NCBI GenBank assembly: GCA_016184225.1
Contig: JACPDA010000005.1
Coordinates: 3,590 to 67,589 of the forward strand
Length of the DNA stretch: 64,000 nucleotides
Source of the DNA: Candidatus Daviesbacteria bacterium
GTDB lineage: Bacteria; Patescibacteriota; Microgenomatia; Daviesbacterales; UBA10151
Reading direction: 5' to 3'
Positions 1-9,768 of the stretch are shown here, piece by piece; positions within the stretch are counted from its first letter, which is position 1, and each line of letters begins with the position of its first letter. A model generated the notes under the pieces. It did not search any database and had not been told where the DNA came from. It saw only the letters and a list, made by a program, of their open reading frames with translations. A program made the position numbers and the translations under genes.

Positions 1-487
1 GAAATTTGCTAGAAAATTATTCAATTTTTTGATGCATCTTTTGATAGTTAATAGTATTAAAATATACTTTGATAAGTTTAGCACTTTCATTTTAGAATCA
101 TTTTCTATTTTGAAAAGGCATCCAAAAGATCTAAGCTTGATGCTGGGGTTGACAGTCTTAGGATACGCTGGCGATGCAGCCATTTGGTATTTTACCTTTG
201 CGGCCTTAGGTGTAAGAGAGGACTTTCTGAAAATGTACCTGGGTCAGCTTTTGTCAGCCCTAACCTACCTGATACCTGCGGCACCTGGGTATGTTGGTTC
301 AGCCGAGGCATCAGGACTCTTGATACTGTCCGGCCTCTTCGGGATCCAGGCTGATTTAGCCTCAGCCATGATAGTTTTATTCCATATAGCCTCCGCCCTA
401 TTTGTTTTGGTTTTTGGTTTAATTTCCATTTATAGCTTAAAGATTAAAGTCGGAAGCTTATTAAAGAAGGTTTTAAAGCGAGGCTAA
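1..487 (+). CDS. UPF0104/flippase-like (lysylphosphatidylglycerol-synthase-TM-like) membrane protein, C-terminal part; likely continues upstream of the window
   Basis: Hydrophobic multi-TM sequence resembling the UPF0104 family; no in-frame stop between position 2 and the first ATG at 32, so the gene is probably truncated by the window edge. Confidence 0.45.
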   Translation, partial: KFARKLFNFLMHLLIVNSIKIYFDKFSTFILESFSILKRHPKDLSLMLGLTVLGYAGDAAIWYFTFAALGVREDFLKMYLGQLLSALTYLIPAAPGYVGSAEASGLLILSGLFGIQADLASAMIVLFHIASALFVLVFGLISIYSLKIKVGSLLKKVLKRG

Positions 488-1357
488 ATTTATTTTAACT
501 GACGGTCCCATGGTGGGGGAAAGGGTAATTTTTTTGACTCGGGATTTGCCGATGGTTTGGTAAAGGGTTTTAATGTTGGCTATCAGTTCTTCGTTGGGTT
601 GGTTTAGCTTCCCTAGGGCCAGGTGTATCACAGGAGCCTTAGACTCGGTTTTATACTCGGTTTTTCCGGCCTGGAAGCCTTCTACGGCCTTTTTCAGTCC
701 GTCTTCGCCGGATATGATAGTATTGTTTTTCGGGTTAGGCATCAGGCCCCTGGGGCCTAAGATCCTGGCTACTTTGGCCAGTTTCGGCATCCACTCAGGG
801 GTGGTGACTACTAAATCAAAGTTGACCTTGCCCTTGTTAATTTCCTCAATGGCTTCATCAGAGCCAACCGTGTCAGCCCCTGAAGTGTCTGCTCCTTTGC
901 CAAAAGCTAAAATGCGAAGTTTCTTGCCGCTTAAAAAAGGCAGTGAAACTAGGCCCCGGATGCCGGTTTGTGCAGTGTTGACATGGGCTTCTAGGCTGCC
1001 TTCAAACTTGGAATAAGAGAGTTTTTTTAACAAGTCAACAGCTTCGGAAAGGGGATAAACCTTGGTTCTGTCAAGGTCTTTAGTGAGTTCCTGGTATTTT
1101 TTGGATCTGGGCTTGGCTTTGCCGGGCTTTTGGGGTTTTTTCTCTTTGTCATCGCGAGGAGAGTCGGATTTCGACTCGACGTGGCGATCTTTCTCTTCCG
1201 TGGAAGATTGTTTCCCCCGGATCAAGTCCGGGGTCGCAATGACGTCTGGAGTGGATGGTTGAGCCTTTACCTCAGGTTTTTCAGCCTTCTTTTTAGAAGC
1301 TTTCGCTTTAGCTTCTTCTTGTGCATCATCAATAATTTTTATTCTTGGTCTACCCAT
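473..1357 (-). CDS. rplA: 50S ribosomal protein L1 with a Lys/Glu-rich N-terminal extension
   Basis: Conserved L1 core (GPRGLMPNPK..., FDLVVTTPEWMPKLAKV...); lies immediately after rplK on the same strand. Confidence 0.9.
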   Translation of the reverse strand: MGRPRIKIIDDAQEEAKAKASKKKAEKPEVKAQPSTPDVIATPDLIRGKQSSTEEKDRHVESKSDSPRDDKEKKPQKPGKAKPRSKKYQELTKDLDRTKVYPLSEAVDLLKKLSYSKFEGSLEAHVNTAQTGIRGLVSLPFLSGKKLRILAFGKGADTSGADTVGSDEAIEEINKGKVNFDLVVTTPEWMPKLAKVARILGPRGLMPNPKNNTIISGEDGLKKAVEGFQAGKTEYKTESKAPVIHLALGKLNQPNEELIANIKTLYQTIGKSRVKKITLSPTMGPSVKINLASL

Positions 1358-1384
1358 AGTTTTATAGTGACTAGATTCTAGCGA

Positions 1385-1810
1385 CTAGCCACTAATTTTC
1401 ACTCCCATACTCTTAGCTGTGCCTTCTACAATCTTCATTGCGGCCTCTATATTTTTAGTATTTAAATCAGGCAGTTTTGCTTCGGCAATCTGTCTAACCT
1501 GTGCAGAGGTTAAAGTTCCCACCGGCTGTTTCATAGCAGTTCCGGAGCCTTTTTCCAGGCTCAAAGCCTTTTTAATCATTTCTGCCACAGGCGGCTCTTT
1601 GGTGATAAAGGCAAAAGTCCGGTCTTCATAAACCGTGATCACCACCGGCAAAATATTACCCTTTTTCTCTTGAGTTCTATCGTTAAAAGCTTTGACAAAC
1701 TCCATGATAGGGAGCCCATGCTGGCCCAAGGCCGGGCCCACCGGAGGAGCCGGTGTGGCCTCACCGGCCGGGATATTTAGTTTAATTAGTGTTTTAACTT
1801 TTTTAGCCAT
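1385..1810 (-). CDS. rplK: 50S ribosomal protein L11
   Basis: MAKKV...[20 protein letters not shown]..., canonical L11 N-terminus; sits in the secE-nusG-rplK-rplA cluster. Confidence 0.95.
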   Translation of the reverse strand: MAKKVKTLIKLNIPAGEATPAPPVGPALGQHGLPIMEFVKAFNDRTQEKKGNILPVVITVYEDRTFAFITKEPPVAEMIKKALSLEKGSGTAMKQPVGTLTSAQVRQIAEAKLPDLNTKNIEAAMKIVEGTAKSMGVKISG

Positions 1811-1816
1811 ATTCTT

Positions 1817-2575
1817 CTATATTTTCTGCACTTGCAGAAAATCCAACTCAACCGGGGTTTCCCTGCCAAAGATGGAAACCAGGACCCGGACTTTGCCTTT
1901 TTCGCCGTCAACCGAGTCAATCTTACCTATAAAATCAGCAAACGGCCCGTCCACAATCTTGACCGCATCGGAAACAGCGAAAACTTGTTTGTACATCGGT
2001 GCTTCTGTTTGGGTAAACTTGACAATTGTCTGTACTTCTGCCTCGGAAATAGGAGTTGGTTTGTTACCAATACCCACAAAGCCAGTTACCCCCTGAGTAG
2101 TTCTGACAGCCAGCCAGGAAATATCATCCAGGACCATTCTTACCAAAATATAGCCGGGAAAGATTTTTTCTTTAACATTAACTTTCTTGCCGCCCTTGAT
2201 CTCAATTTTATCCTGGGTGGGAACCAAAACTTCCAGGATTTTCTCTTCCAAATGCTCGGATTCAACCCGCTGCTTTAGGGTATGGGCTACTTTGTTTTCA
2301 TGGCCGGAATAGGTATGGACCACATACCATTTAGCATTGGGGTTTTGTTTTTTGTTGTCATCCTGAATTTCCTTTTTGTCATCCTGAACGATTAGTGAAG
2401 GATCTTCCGCGGATGCGGGTTGTTTTTCAGAAGACTCGGAAGGACTCGGAATACCGGATTGATCGGAATTGTCAGATGAAACCAGAGCGTCAGAAGTCTG
2501 ATTCTTTGACTTTTCTGAATCTCCGACATTCCGGCTCTCTGGGTTATTCTGATCCTTCTGATGATTATCGTCCAT
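1817..2575 (-). CDS. nusG: Transcription termination/antitermination factor NusG with a ~75 aa acidic/Ser-rich N-terminal extension
   Basis: KWYVVHTYSGHENKV... NGN domain and C-terminal KOW (GKVRVLVSIFGRETPVELDF); adjacent to secE. Confidence 0.9.
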   Translation of the reverse strand: MDDNHQKDQNNPESRNVGDSEKSKNQTSDALVSSDNSDQSGIPSPSESSEKQPASAEDPSLIVQDDKKEIQDDNKKQNPNAKWYVVHTYSGHENKVAHTLKQRVESEHLEEKILEVLVPTQDKIEIKGGKKVNVKEKIFPGYILVRMVLDDISWLAVRTTQGVTGFVGIGNKPTPISEAEVQTIVKFTQTEAPMYKQVFAVSDAVKIVDGPFADFIGKIDSVDGEKGKVRVLVSIFGRETPVELDFLQVQKI

Positions 2576-2576
2576 A

Positions 2577-2762
2577 TTATCTGTTTACAAAAAAAGCTGT
2601 AATGGCAGTTAAGATATAATCTAATCCTCCTAAGAACAACCCTACTACTACAGCCACCAGTACTACCAAAATGGTGTAGCGGATGGTTTGCTCCCGGCTG
2701 GGCCAGGCAACTTTTAGTAACTCTTCTTTAACCTCATTAAGAAAACTGAATATGTTGGGCAT
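2577..2762 (-). CDS. secE: Preprotein translocase subunit SecE
   Basis: 61 aa with a single C-terminal TM helix and SecE-like sequence; position upstream of nusG. Confidence 0.8.
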   Translation of the reverse strand: MPNIFSFLNEVKEELLKVAWPSREQTIRYTILVVLVAVVVGLFLGGLDYILTAITAFFVNR

Positions 2763-2770
2763 TTAGGTAT

Positions 2771-2794
2771 TAAAAAGCCTCCTACTTTGGAGGC
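2771..2794 (-). terminator. GC-rich hairpin (GCCTCC-6nt-GGAGGC) followed by a T-run on the minus strand, between ASCH/PBP1A and the secE start
   Basis: Seen in sequence; would terminate minus-strand read-through from the PBP1A transcript before the secE operon. Confidence 0.35.
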
Positions 2795-2835
2795 GTTTTG
2801 TCAAGTATAACAGAGGAAGTAGTATAATTGCAACA

Positions 2836-3228
2836 ATGAAAAAGCATCTGGCTATTTTTAAGGGAGAAACAGGGGAGGCAATTCTGGCCGGCAAAAAAAC
2901 AATTGAAATCCGCCTTTCCCGGGTCAAAAACCCGCCATTCGGGGTTATTTCTGTCGGAGATTTAATTTATATAAAGCCTTCCGGCAAAGATATAATTGGC
3001 CAATTTAGAGTAAAAAAAGTGATCTTTTATGATGGATTAACGGAGGATGATCTGAATGGTATTAAAAAAACATTTGGGTATGCGATCGCACAAGCAAATG
3101 ATTATTGGCAGAGAAACAAAGGCTCAAGGTATGGCACCCTGATTTTTATCGGAGATTCCTCCAGATTCATTACCTCTCCCATCAAATTTCCCAAAAAAGA
3201 CCTCAGAGGTTGGGTGGTGCTGGAATAA
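2836..3228 (+). CDS. ASCH (PUA-like) domain protein; possibly leaderless (TATAAT at 2823-2828, ATG at 2836)
   Basis: Sequence pattern AILAGKKTIEIRLSRVK...GDLIYIK typical of ASCH beta-barrel proteins. Confidence 0.5.
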   Translation: MKKHLAIFKGETGEAILAGKKTIEIRLSRVKNPPFGVISVGDLIYIKPSGKDIIGQFRVKKVIFYDGLTEDDLNGIKKTFGYAIAQANDYWQRNKGSRYGTLIFIGDSSRFITSPIKFPKKDLRGWVVLE

Positions 3229-5542
3229 CCTGGTTAGCCTGCTCGCCTTGCGGCGAAGCGGGTTGGGCAGCCGGGGTGGCATAATTTGAAAAGGGATCAG
3301 AAAAGATGAATCTGTCTTTAGTTTTTTGAATCCTGACCATGGACTTAGGGATCACTCCGGCAATCATTAGATCTTTTTTCCCATCAACCCTCGTCTCAAT
3401 TATTCCAGGAGGCCTTTCAAAAGCCACAGACCCTTTGCCATCCAGCAGTGTGTGCATGATTTTATTCCAGATTGGTGCCGCTCCTGTGACCCCGGAAGTC
3501 ATCGCCGGATTCATGGGTGAGCTGTCCGGGTTACCTACCCAAACTCCCACTACAAATTTAGGAGTGTATCCAAAAGTCCAATTATCCCTTTTGCTGTCAG
3601 AAGTGCCGGTTTTAACCGCTACTTCGTACCCGGGGATATTAAGGAGGGAATTAGGACCAAAGGCCGGTATGCGGGCTTTGTTATCCTTTAGGATATCCGT
3701 TATTAAATAAGCAATTCCCGCCTCCAGAATCTGCTGCCCGGAGTCTTGATATTCTTCCAAAACATTTCCACTCGAATCAGTCACTTTTAAAAATGGAGTT
3801 GGATACTTTTTAATCCCCAGATTTGCCAGACTGCCGTATACGGAAATCATATCAATCATTTTAATTTCCCCTCCGCCCAGAGTTAGGGACAAACCAAATC
3901 TTTCTGGTTCATTGAAAGTAGTGATACCTAGATCCTTGGCCGCCTTTAGCATTTCATCTAGACCGATTGTGGCCAGCATTTTTACAGCCGGTACATTATA
4001 GGATGAACCCAAAGCTGTCCGGATGGAAACAGGACCATGGAAAGTTCCGTCATAGTTGACCGGGGAATAACTTCTGACCCCATCTTTGAACGTGACGGGG
4101 ATATCTAAAATAGTGTTTCCCGGGCTAAAGCCCGCTTTAAAAGCTGCCGCATATGTGATGACTTTGATGGATGAGCCTGGCTGGCGCAGCGAAGTCGTGA
4201 CATTAAAATTGCCAAACCTTAGTTCATGATAATCTTTACTTCCCACCATAGCCAGGATTTGACCATTTGTATCTGCCACCAAAGCTGCACCGTTTTGCAC
4301 ATTCAAGGGAGCGAGTTTGTCTACCTCTTCCTTGACAATTTTCTCCACAGTTTCTTGAAGCTTAAGGTCTAAGGTGGTATAAACTTTTAAGCCTCCTTGG
4401 AAAACAACCCTGGGACCATATTTTTCTGTTAATAAATCCCGTGCGTACATGACAAAATGCGGTGCAAAGATATTATTGACTGGCGGTTTAATGTCTAGAT
4501 TTTGGGCAAAAGCCTCCTCTGCTTGTTGTTTAGTAACGTATTTATCTTTAACCATCCTGTCTAAAACTTCTCTTTGCCGCAGTTTAGCCAGATCCGGCCG
4601 GGAGCCGTAAGGAGAAAACTGGGTGGGGGAGGCAGGCAGGCCAGCCAGATACGCACTTTCCGCTAAATTAAGCTCCGGCGGGGATTTACCAAAATAGGTT
4701 TGTGAGGCGGCAGCGATACCCATATTAGATCCTCCATAAGGCGCTTCATTAAAATACATTTGCAGGATTTCCTCTTTTGAATAAATCCTCTCAGCCCATA
4801 AAGCCAGGATAATTTCTTTAAATTTGCGGATGTAGCTTTTTTCCGGAGTTAGCAGTGAGTTTTTAATCAGTTGTTGGGTGATAGTAGAAGCTCCTTCCTG
4901 AGTGTTATTTCTGAAGTTATGCTCAAGCGCGCGCGCAATTGCCACCGGATCAATGCCGATGTGGCGGTAGAAATTTTGATCCTCGGTAGCAATAGTGGCC
5001 TCGATCAAACTTTTAGGGACTTCTGACAGTTTAACCAGACTGCGATTGTTGCCCGCATAAAGTCTATAAAGCAGCTCACCATTTCTATCGTAAAATTCGG
5101 TAGTAACAGGCTGATTAGGGGAGATTAGTCTGGTAGGTGAAGGGAGCTGATAAGCGGCTGTTAGCAAGAAGACAGTGTAAGAGAAAACAAAGACCAAAAA
5201 TATGCCTGCGCCAAGTGCGATTTTGTACTTTCCGGAGAGCTGGAATTTTTTAGGCCGGCCTCTTTTGCGGCTAATCGCTCCAGTCGGCAACCCCACTCTC
5301 TTGCTCGCTAATGCAAGCATCCTGCGGTCCGATATGGATCGGACCTCGGATACGGTCCGCCTAGCGGCGGACTCTAGAGCTCGTTGCGCTCGGAGGTAGC
5401 CTCCTTTCGCAAAATAGGCCAGCAATTTCATTACCCATAAGGGTATATTGCCGAGCTTAATCAGGACAATTTTGACCAAAAGAAGGGTAATATTGAGAGG
5501 AGATGAGTTAAAATTGGTTTTTTTCGGTCGTCCTTTGGGCAT
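3203..5542 (-). CDS. Class A penicillin-binding protein (GT51 transglycosylase plus transpeptidase); true start probably the internal Met at ~5320
   Basis: GT51 motifs (ATEDQNFYRHIGIDP, GASTITQQL) and transpeptidase SxxK (SSIK), KTGT motifs; the N-terminal ~75 aa of the ORF look non-native. Confidence 0.85.
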   Translation of the reverse strand: MPKGRPKKTNFNSSPLNITLLLVKIVLIKLGNIPLWVMKLLAYFAKGGYLRAQRALESAARRTVSEVRSISDRRMLALASKRVGLPTGAISRKRGRPKKFQLSGKYKIALGAGIFLVFVFSYTVFLLTAAYQLPSPTRLISPNQPVTTEFYDRNGELLYRLYAGNNRSLVKLSEVPKSLIEATIATEDQNFYRHIGIDPVAIARALEHNFRNNTQEGASTITQQLIKNSLLTPEKSYIRKFKEIILALWAERIYSKEEILQMYFNEAPYGGSNMGIAAASQTYFGKSPPELNLAESAYLAGLPASPTQFSPYGSRPDLAKLRQREVLDRMVKDKYVTKQQAEEAFAQNLDIKPPVNNIFAPHFVMYARDLLTEKYGPRVVFQGGLKVYTTLDLKLQETVEKIVKEEVDKLAPLNVQNGAALVADTNGQILAMVGSKDYHELRFGNFNVTTSLRQPGSSIKVITYAAAFKAGFSPGNTILDIPVTFKDGVRSYSPVNYDGTFHGPVSIRTALGSSYNVPAVKMLATIGLDEMLKAAKDLGITTFNEPERFGLSLTLGGGEIKMIDMISVYGSLANLGIKKYPTPFLKVTDSSGNVLEEYQDSGQQILEAGIAYLITDILKDNKARIPAFGPNSLLNIPGYEVAVKTGTSDSKRDNWTFGYTPKFVVGVWVGNPDSSPMNPAMTSGVTGAAPIWNKIMHTLLDGKGSVAFERPPGIIETRVDGKKDLMIAGVIPKSMVRIQKTKDRFIFSDPFSNYATPAAQPASPQGEQANQVIPAPPNL

Positions 5543-5659
5543 AACAGTGTGCGCTTGGGACAGAAAATATATTTAGCCGCATTCTAAAAGATTTATCTCT
5601 GGCCCACAAGAGGGAAGATTGGACTTGACAAATCAGGTCCCATAGTGTAAAGTAGAATT

Positions 5660-6037
5660 ATGGAAAGATTTAAGGATAGAAGACCAAGAGTAGGAGAAAG
5701 TAAAAAAAGACCAGTTGCTCGTTTTGTGGTAGTAGGTTTGGCTGTCCTAGGGGGCACTTTTGGAGTAGAAGCAGCAACAGGAGTAGTAAGCCAAACTGCT
5801 GGTAAGGTGGCGGTAGCAGGAAAAGATTTGCTCAAAAATGGAGTACAAGCTGTGATAGAATGGGACGATCGTGGTTTTAATGCCAGTTCTGCCGGTATTC
5901 CAGCACAAGAGCTGGGAGGAGCGATGAAGAAGAGGGACGAAGCAGACCGCCGAGCTCAAGAACAAACAGAACAGGATCGGATTGAAAGCGAAGCTCTCAG
6001 ACAGGCATTAAACCCAGGTCCAAAACAATTCCCTTAA
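5660..6037 (+). CDS. Hypothetical small protein with one TM segment
   Basis: ORF only; no recognisable domain. Confidence 0.3.
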   Translation: MERFKDRRPRVGESKKRPVARFVVVGLAVLGGTFGVEAATGVVSQTAGKVAVAGKDLLKNGVQAVIEWDDRGFNASSAGIPAQELGGAMKKRDEADRRAQEQTEQDRIESEALRQALNPGPKQFP

Positions 6038-6103
6038 CACCTTCGAAACAATACTCACAGAATTTGAGTTGACTGTAAGTCACAAAAGTATTATTATCCC
6101 GTA

Positions 6104-6940
6104 ATGAAAAAAAGAGGTGCAGAAAGAGGCGCTTTTTCAGGACCGCTAGTTGAGGTTATCGCAGGTCTTTCAAAGGCTGCAGACGCAGTAGATCCTAAAT
6201 ATCAAGACGAACTAGCAAGAGATGGTAGTTTATTTATTGACCGTCTGATAGAAGAGATGAAAAGTGTACGAAACAATCCATTAAAGAAGCCTTACCAAAT
6301 TTGGCTAGATAGCTCCCGAGACGGATTAGATGGTAACAGCGATGGTAAATATAGTAAATGGGGAAGGTTTGTAAAAATGTATAAAGCCACATCTGTTCAT
6401 TGTAGAGAATTGTTTAGTTCTGGTGTGGCTATTTTGGATTTACCATCCCTTCCGCCTTATCAATCTGTTAAATGTGAGCCTGTAACTGATGAGGAAAGAC
6501 TGCAAAGCAGTATTGCCTTACAGACAAATTTTGCCAGGGAGTTAGGTGTTTTAGGAGAGGATGAAGCATGGGGGGATTTCATAAGGCGTTCAGATATTAG
6601 GTGTGTCAATATGAATGACAATGAAATAGTGGTTGAGGCATTGAGAAAAGATCCAGCATGTTTGGTCCGTATGAGCCATCATGATATAGGTATGATCGAA
6701 TTTCCTGCGGTGCTTTCCAAAAAGCATCCCGGTGTTGCAGTTCACATGAGGTTGTACCCGCTAAAAGGAGATCAACCCATTTCTACTGAGCAGGCAATAG
6801 CAGAAAGAAGAGCTTTAATTTTGATGTCTATGTTTATTTCGACAGGTCTTTTTTCAGGTGATTCTTCTAGCCGCTTGCAAACGCCAGCAGGTAAAGACCA
6901 ATTCCTAGAAGACCTATGCCGGCTAGTTTCGATAGCATAA
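6104..6940 (+). CDS. Hypothetical protein (278 aa)
   Basis: ORF only; composition looks somewhat more GC-rich than its neighbours. Confidence 0.35.
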   Translation: MKKRGAERGAFSGPLVEVIAGLSKAADAVDPKYQDELARDGSLFIDRLIEEMKSVRNNPLKKPYQIWLDSSRDGLDGNSDGKYSKWGRFVKMYKATSVHCRELFSSGVAILDLPSLPPYQSVKCEPVTDEERLQSSIALQTNFARELGVLGEDEAWGDFIRRSDIRCVNMNDNEIVVEALRKDPACLVRMSHHDIGMIEFPAVLSKKHPGVAVHMRLYPLKGDQPISTEQAIAERRALILMSMFISTGLFSGDSSSRLQTPAGKDQFLEDLCRLVSIA

Positions 6941-7766
6941 CCACTGGAGTATATTTTTCCTCAAAAATTTGGGGATATTTTTTGCTCAAGAATATGGCAA
7001 AAAGCAGTAAGAAGACATATTGAACGCCTTGCAATGAATTTACCAAAGCCGGATTAGCTAAAGAAATGGAAAAAAGCAGCAAGAATTCTGATGAAGCCCC
7101 GCTTATTTGCCCTCCTAAAAACACTAAGCCTGCCTTAGAAAAAAAGTTAATTCTTAAGCCATTAGAAGTGAATATCTTCTTTCTGAGTGCCGGAATAACC
7201 AGCATAAAAATACAAAGAGGCAATAAAATTAACCTTGACCAAACAATCACTGAGAAGAAATCCGAGTTAAGATAAGCCTCCCTTAAAACAATATAAGAGA
7301 TGGCAAAAAAACCGCCGGAGAGGACTTCAAACATGATTTCTCTGATGCTCAATTTCCCTGCCCAGTCCGTAATGGTGATAAATACTATTCCGGCTATTAG
7401 CAGCCAAACCGCCCAGGTTTGGGTAGTGCTAATGGCATGGGTTTCTGTGGCAAAAACCAACAGGATCAGGGGGATTAAAGTGCCGATGATAGGGATAACC
7501 CTTGAAACATTCCCCAATTTTAAGGCTTTAAACATGAAGTAGGCTCCTAAAGTCCAAAGAACAGTAGAGACGGATGCCAGATAAAAGGTGGAAAGAGTTG
7601 GGGTATTGGTAAAGGGTAGGACTAAAATTGCCAATAAGGAAACAATACTGATGTAAAAAACATAAACCAGGGGATCTGGAATAGTTTTTTGCAGCAAAAA
7701 TTTATTGGCCAAAACTGCTATGGCATTAAAAAGATAGGCAGTAATGGTAAAGGGTAGGTGGTTCAT
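6867..7766 (-). CDS. DMT/EamA-like 10-TM transporter
   Basis: Ten hydrophobic helices in a duplicated 5+5 arrangement typical of EamA domains. Confidence 0.5.
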   Translation of the reverse strand: MNHLPFTITAYLFNAIAVLANKFLLQKTIPDPLVYVFYISIVSLLAILVLPFTNTPTLSTFYLASVSTVLWTLGAYFMFKALKLGNVSRVIPIIGTLIPLILLVFATETHAISTTQTWAVWLLIAGIVFITITDWAGKLSIREIMFEVLSGGFFAISYIVLREAYLNSDFFSVIVWSRLILLPLCIFMLVIPALRKKIFTSNGLRINFFSKAGLVFLGGQISGASSEFLLLFSISLANPALVNSLQGVQYVFLLLFAIFLSKKYPQIFEEKYTPVVMLSKLAGIGLLGIGLYLLAFASG

Positions 7767-7791
7767 GATAATAGTCGTCAGCTGTCAGCTT

Positions 7792-9156
7792 TCAGTCGTC
7801 AGATTTATTTTTAGTCTGAGAGCTATTTATTTCTTTTTCTATCTCCTTTTGCCGTTTTTCCAGGACTTCTTCTGCCTGGACCGTATGGCCGATAAACCGC
7901 AGCAGGGAATGGGGAATGCCGTTGTGCTGGATAATATCGGTATATACTAGTGCAGAAGGCCTGATATGCCTGGCTTGGGTTTTAAGATCTACCTCCACCA
8001 GGCCAAACTTGGGCTCAAAACCTAAATGCCACTCAAAGTTATCCAGCAGCGACCAGTAAAAAAATCCCCTGACATTAACTCCACTCTTGATGGCTCTGGC
8101 TACCTCCTGCAAATAAGAAATTAAGAATCGGTTCCTTCTGTCATCATTGGTTGAGGCAATGCCGCATTCCGTAATGTAAATAGGGATATCATCGGCCAGA
8201 TCAGTCAATACTTCAAAAATCCCTTCCGGGTAAACTTCCCATCCCAGGTCGGAAGCATCGTGAGTTTGTCCTACCATATTCTGTTTTTGGGCTGTCAAAT
8301 TTTTGTCCCTGAATCGAATATGAAAATAGTAATTGATCCCCAGAAAATCGTGTGTGCCGCGGGTAAACATATAGAATAAGTGGTTAGCGAAAAGATCATT
8401 CAAAGAAACTGCAATTTGTTCTTTAAAAGAATGCTTGTGGTAGGATTCAAAAGAGAGAATGTTATTGGCAATGCCGACAGGTTTGCCTGCAGGAAAAAGA
8501 GAATGCAAGTATTTGTAAGCCCTTTTATGGGCAGATGTAAGATTAAGAAAGGTTTTTATTTGTCCCAGCCAGCTTTTTTTTGAGTGGGGCCAAACCCTGT
8601 CAATATATGTTTCATAAATATACACTCCCGGCTCATTAAGTGTAACCCATAAATCAACGTAAGTAGCAATTTCCGGGACCACCCTCCTCGCAAACCTTTC
8701 AAAATACCCAACTGTTGCCCCATTTTCCCAGCCGCCTTTATCTGCTACCCACTTCGGCAGGGTAAAGTGCCAGAGGGTGAGCATGACGGTAAACTTAAGT
8801 GACTTAAGGTATTTGAGTAACTTAACGTAATGTTCGATTTCGCGCTCATCAAACTCTCCCTCCCGGGGTTCAATCCTGGACCATTCAATAGAAAGCCGGT
8901 GGGCATTATGGTTTAGACTTTTAATAAGGTCAAAGTCTTGTTCAAAAAGGTTATATTGGTTGCAAGCTGCCCCGGAGCGAAGGTGCGGTGGTTGTTGAGT
9001 TTGCTCCCAAGCCCACCAGTCATTGTTTACATTATTGCCCTCTACCTGATGGGCACTGGTAGCGGCCCCCCAGAGGAAACCATCGGGAAATTTTAAAGTT
9101 TCATGATCATGGCGTTCCTGAGGGTGTTTTTGTGGCGCTGTTCCTTTTTGAGGCAT
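7792..9156 (-). CDS. Glycoside hydrolase family 1 (beta-glucosidase-like)
   Basis: N-terminal FPDGFLWGAATSAHQVEG, acid/base TLNEP and nucleophile region YITECG (Cys replaces the usual Asn of ITENG). Confidence 0.85.
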   Translation of the reverse strand: MPQKGTAPQKHPQERHDHETLKFPDGFLWGAATSAHQVEGNNVNNDWWAWEQTQQPPHLRSGAACNQYNLFEQDFDLIKSLNHNAHRLSIEWSRIEPREGEFDEREIEHYVKLLKYLKSLKFTVMLTLWHFTLPKWVADKGGWENGATVGYFERFARRVVPEIATYVDLWVTLNEPGVYIYETYIDRVWPHSKKSWLGQIKTFLNLTSAHKRAYKYLHSLFPAGKPVGIANNILSFESYHKHSFKEQIAVSLNDLFANHLFYMFTRGTHDFLGINYYFHIRFRDKNLTAQKQNMVGQTHDASDLGWEVYPEGIFEVLTDLADDIPIYITECGIASTNDDRRNRFLISYLQEVARAIKSGVNVRGFFYWSLLDNFEWHLGFEPKFGLVEVDLKTQARHIRPSALVYTDIIQHNGIPHSLLRFIGHTVQAEEVLEKRQKEIEKEINSSQTKNKSDD

Positions 9157-9229
9157 AGTTTCATATTAGGATAGAGTATACACATTTGTAAAGCATTGTT
9201 GACAAGATATACAACGATCGTGGTATATT

Positions 9230-9736
9230 TTGTATATGGGGAAAAAAGAAAGTATTGGGAAATTAGTCCTTCTAGCTTTGGAAAAAGCGATTGATGGTTA
9301 TGTGAGACTTGAGGATTTTGCTTATCACCATTATCGTTACCATTATGGAATCCCTGAGCTTAAAAAAGCTTCCCTTGCTCAAGCTTTGAAGAGACTGCGT
9401 GAGAAAGGGTTTATTGAGAAAGTTGCGGAAAAAGATGAGGGCAAAATTATTTTAAGATTAACAGAAGCCGGCCGGGAATTTCTTTTGTTTTCAAAGCCTG
9501 AAGATGAAATTAAATGGGACAGAAAGTGGAGAATTGTAGTTTTTGATATTCCTGAGAGCAAAAGACAAGTGCGTGATGTCTTGCGGAGAAGATTAAAACT
9601 GTGGGATTTTAAACCCTGGCAAAAGAGTGTCTGGGCCTCCAAGAAAAATGTTACAGATAAACTCCGCAGCCTAATAAAAGAATTGGATATTGCCGATTGG
9701 GTATTGGTAATTGAATCTGATAATGTGGGTCGATGA
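9230..9736 (+). CDS. PaaX-like small regulator: N-terminal winged HTH plus C-terminal Cas2-like/ferredoxin-like domain (paralog 1 of 3)
   Basis: LLALEKAIDGYVRLEDF... then WDRKWRIVVFDIPESKRQVRDVLRRRLKLWDFKPWQKSVW, which resembles the Cas2 core pattern; flanked by ~27 bp direct repeats at 9211-9240 and 9745-9773. Confidence 0.5.
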   Translation: MYMGKKESIGKLVLLALEKAIDGYVRLEDFAYHHYRYHYGIPELKKASLAQALKRLREKGFIEKVAEKDEGKIILRLTEAGREFLLFSKPEDEIKWDRKWRIVVFDIPESKRQVRDVLRRRLKLWDFKPWQKSVWASKKNVTDKLRSLIKELDIADWVLVIESDNVGR

Positions 9737-9768
9737 CAATTTTTGCAACGATCGTTGGGTATTTTGTA

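Noticed and set aside
573-1381. Plus-strand ORFs 573-1016, 1062-1262 and 1130-1381, antisense to rplA
   Set aside because: They lie entirely inside the well-supported rplA gene on the opposite strand and have low-complexity translations. They are spurious.
7744-7950. ORFs whose translation contains IIVVSCQLSV-type peptides (7744-7950, 22809-22994, 54345-54716, 21451-21768)
   Set aside because: These are read-throughs of family-A repeat elements in non-coding orientation. The shared peptide is a repeat artefact, not a protein family.
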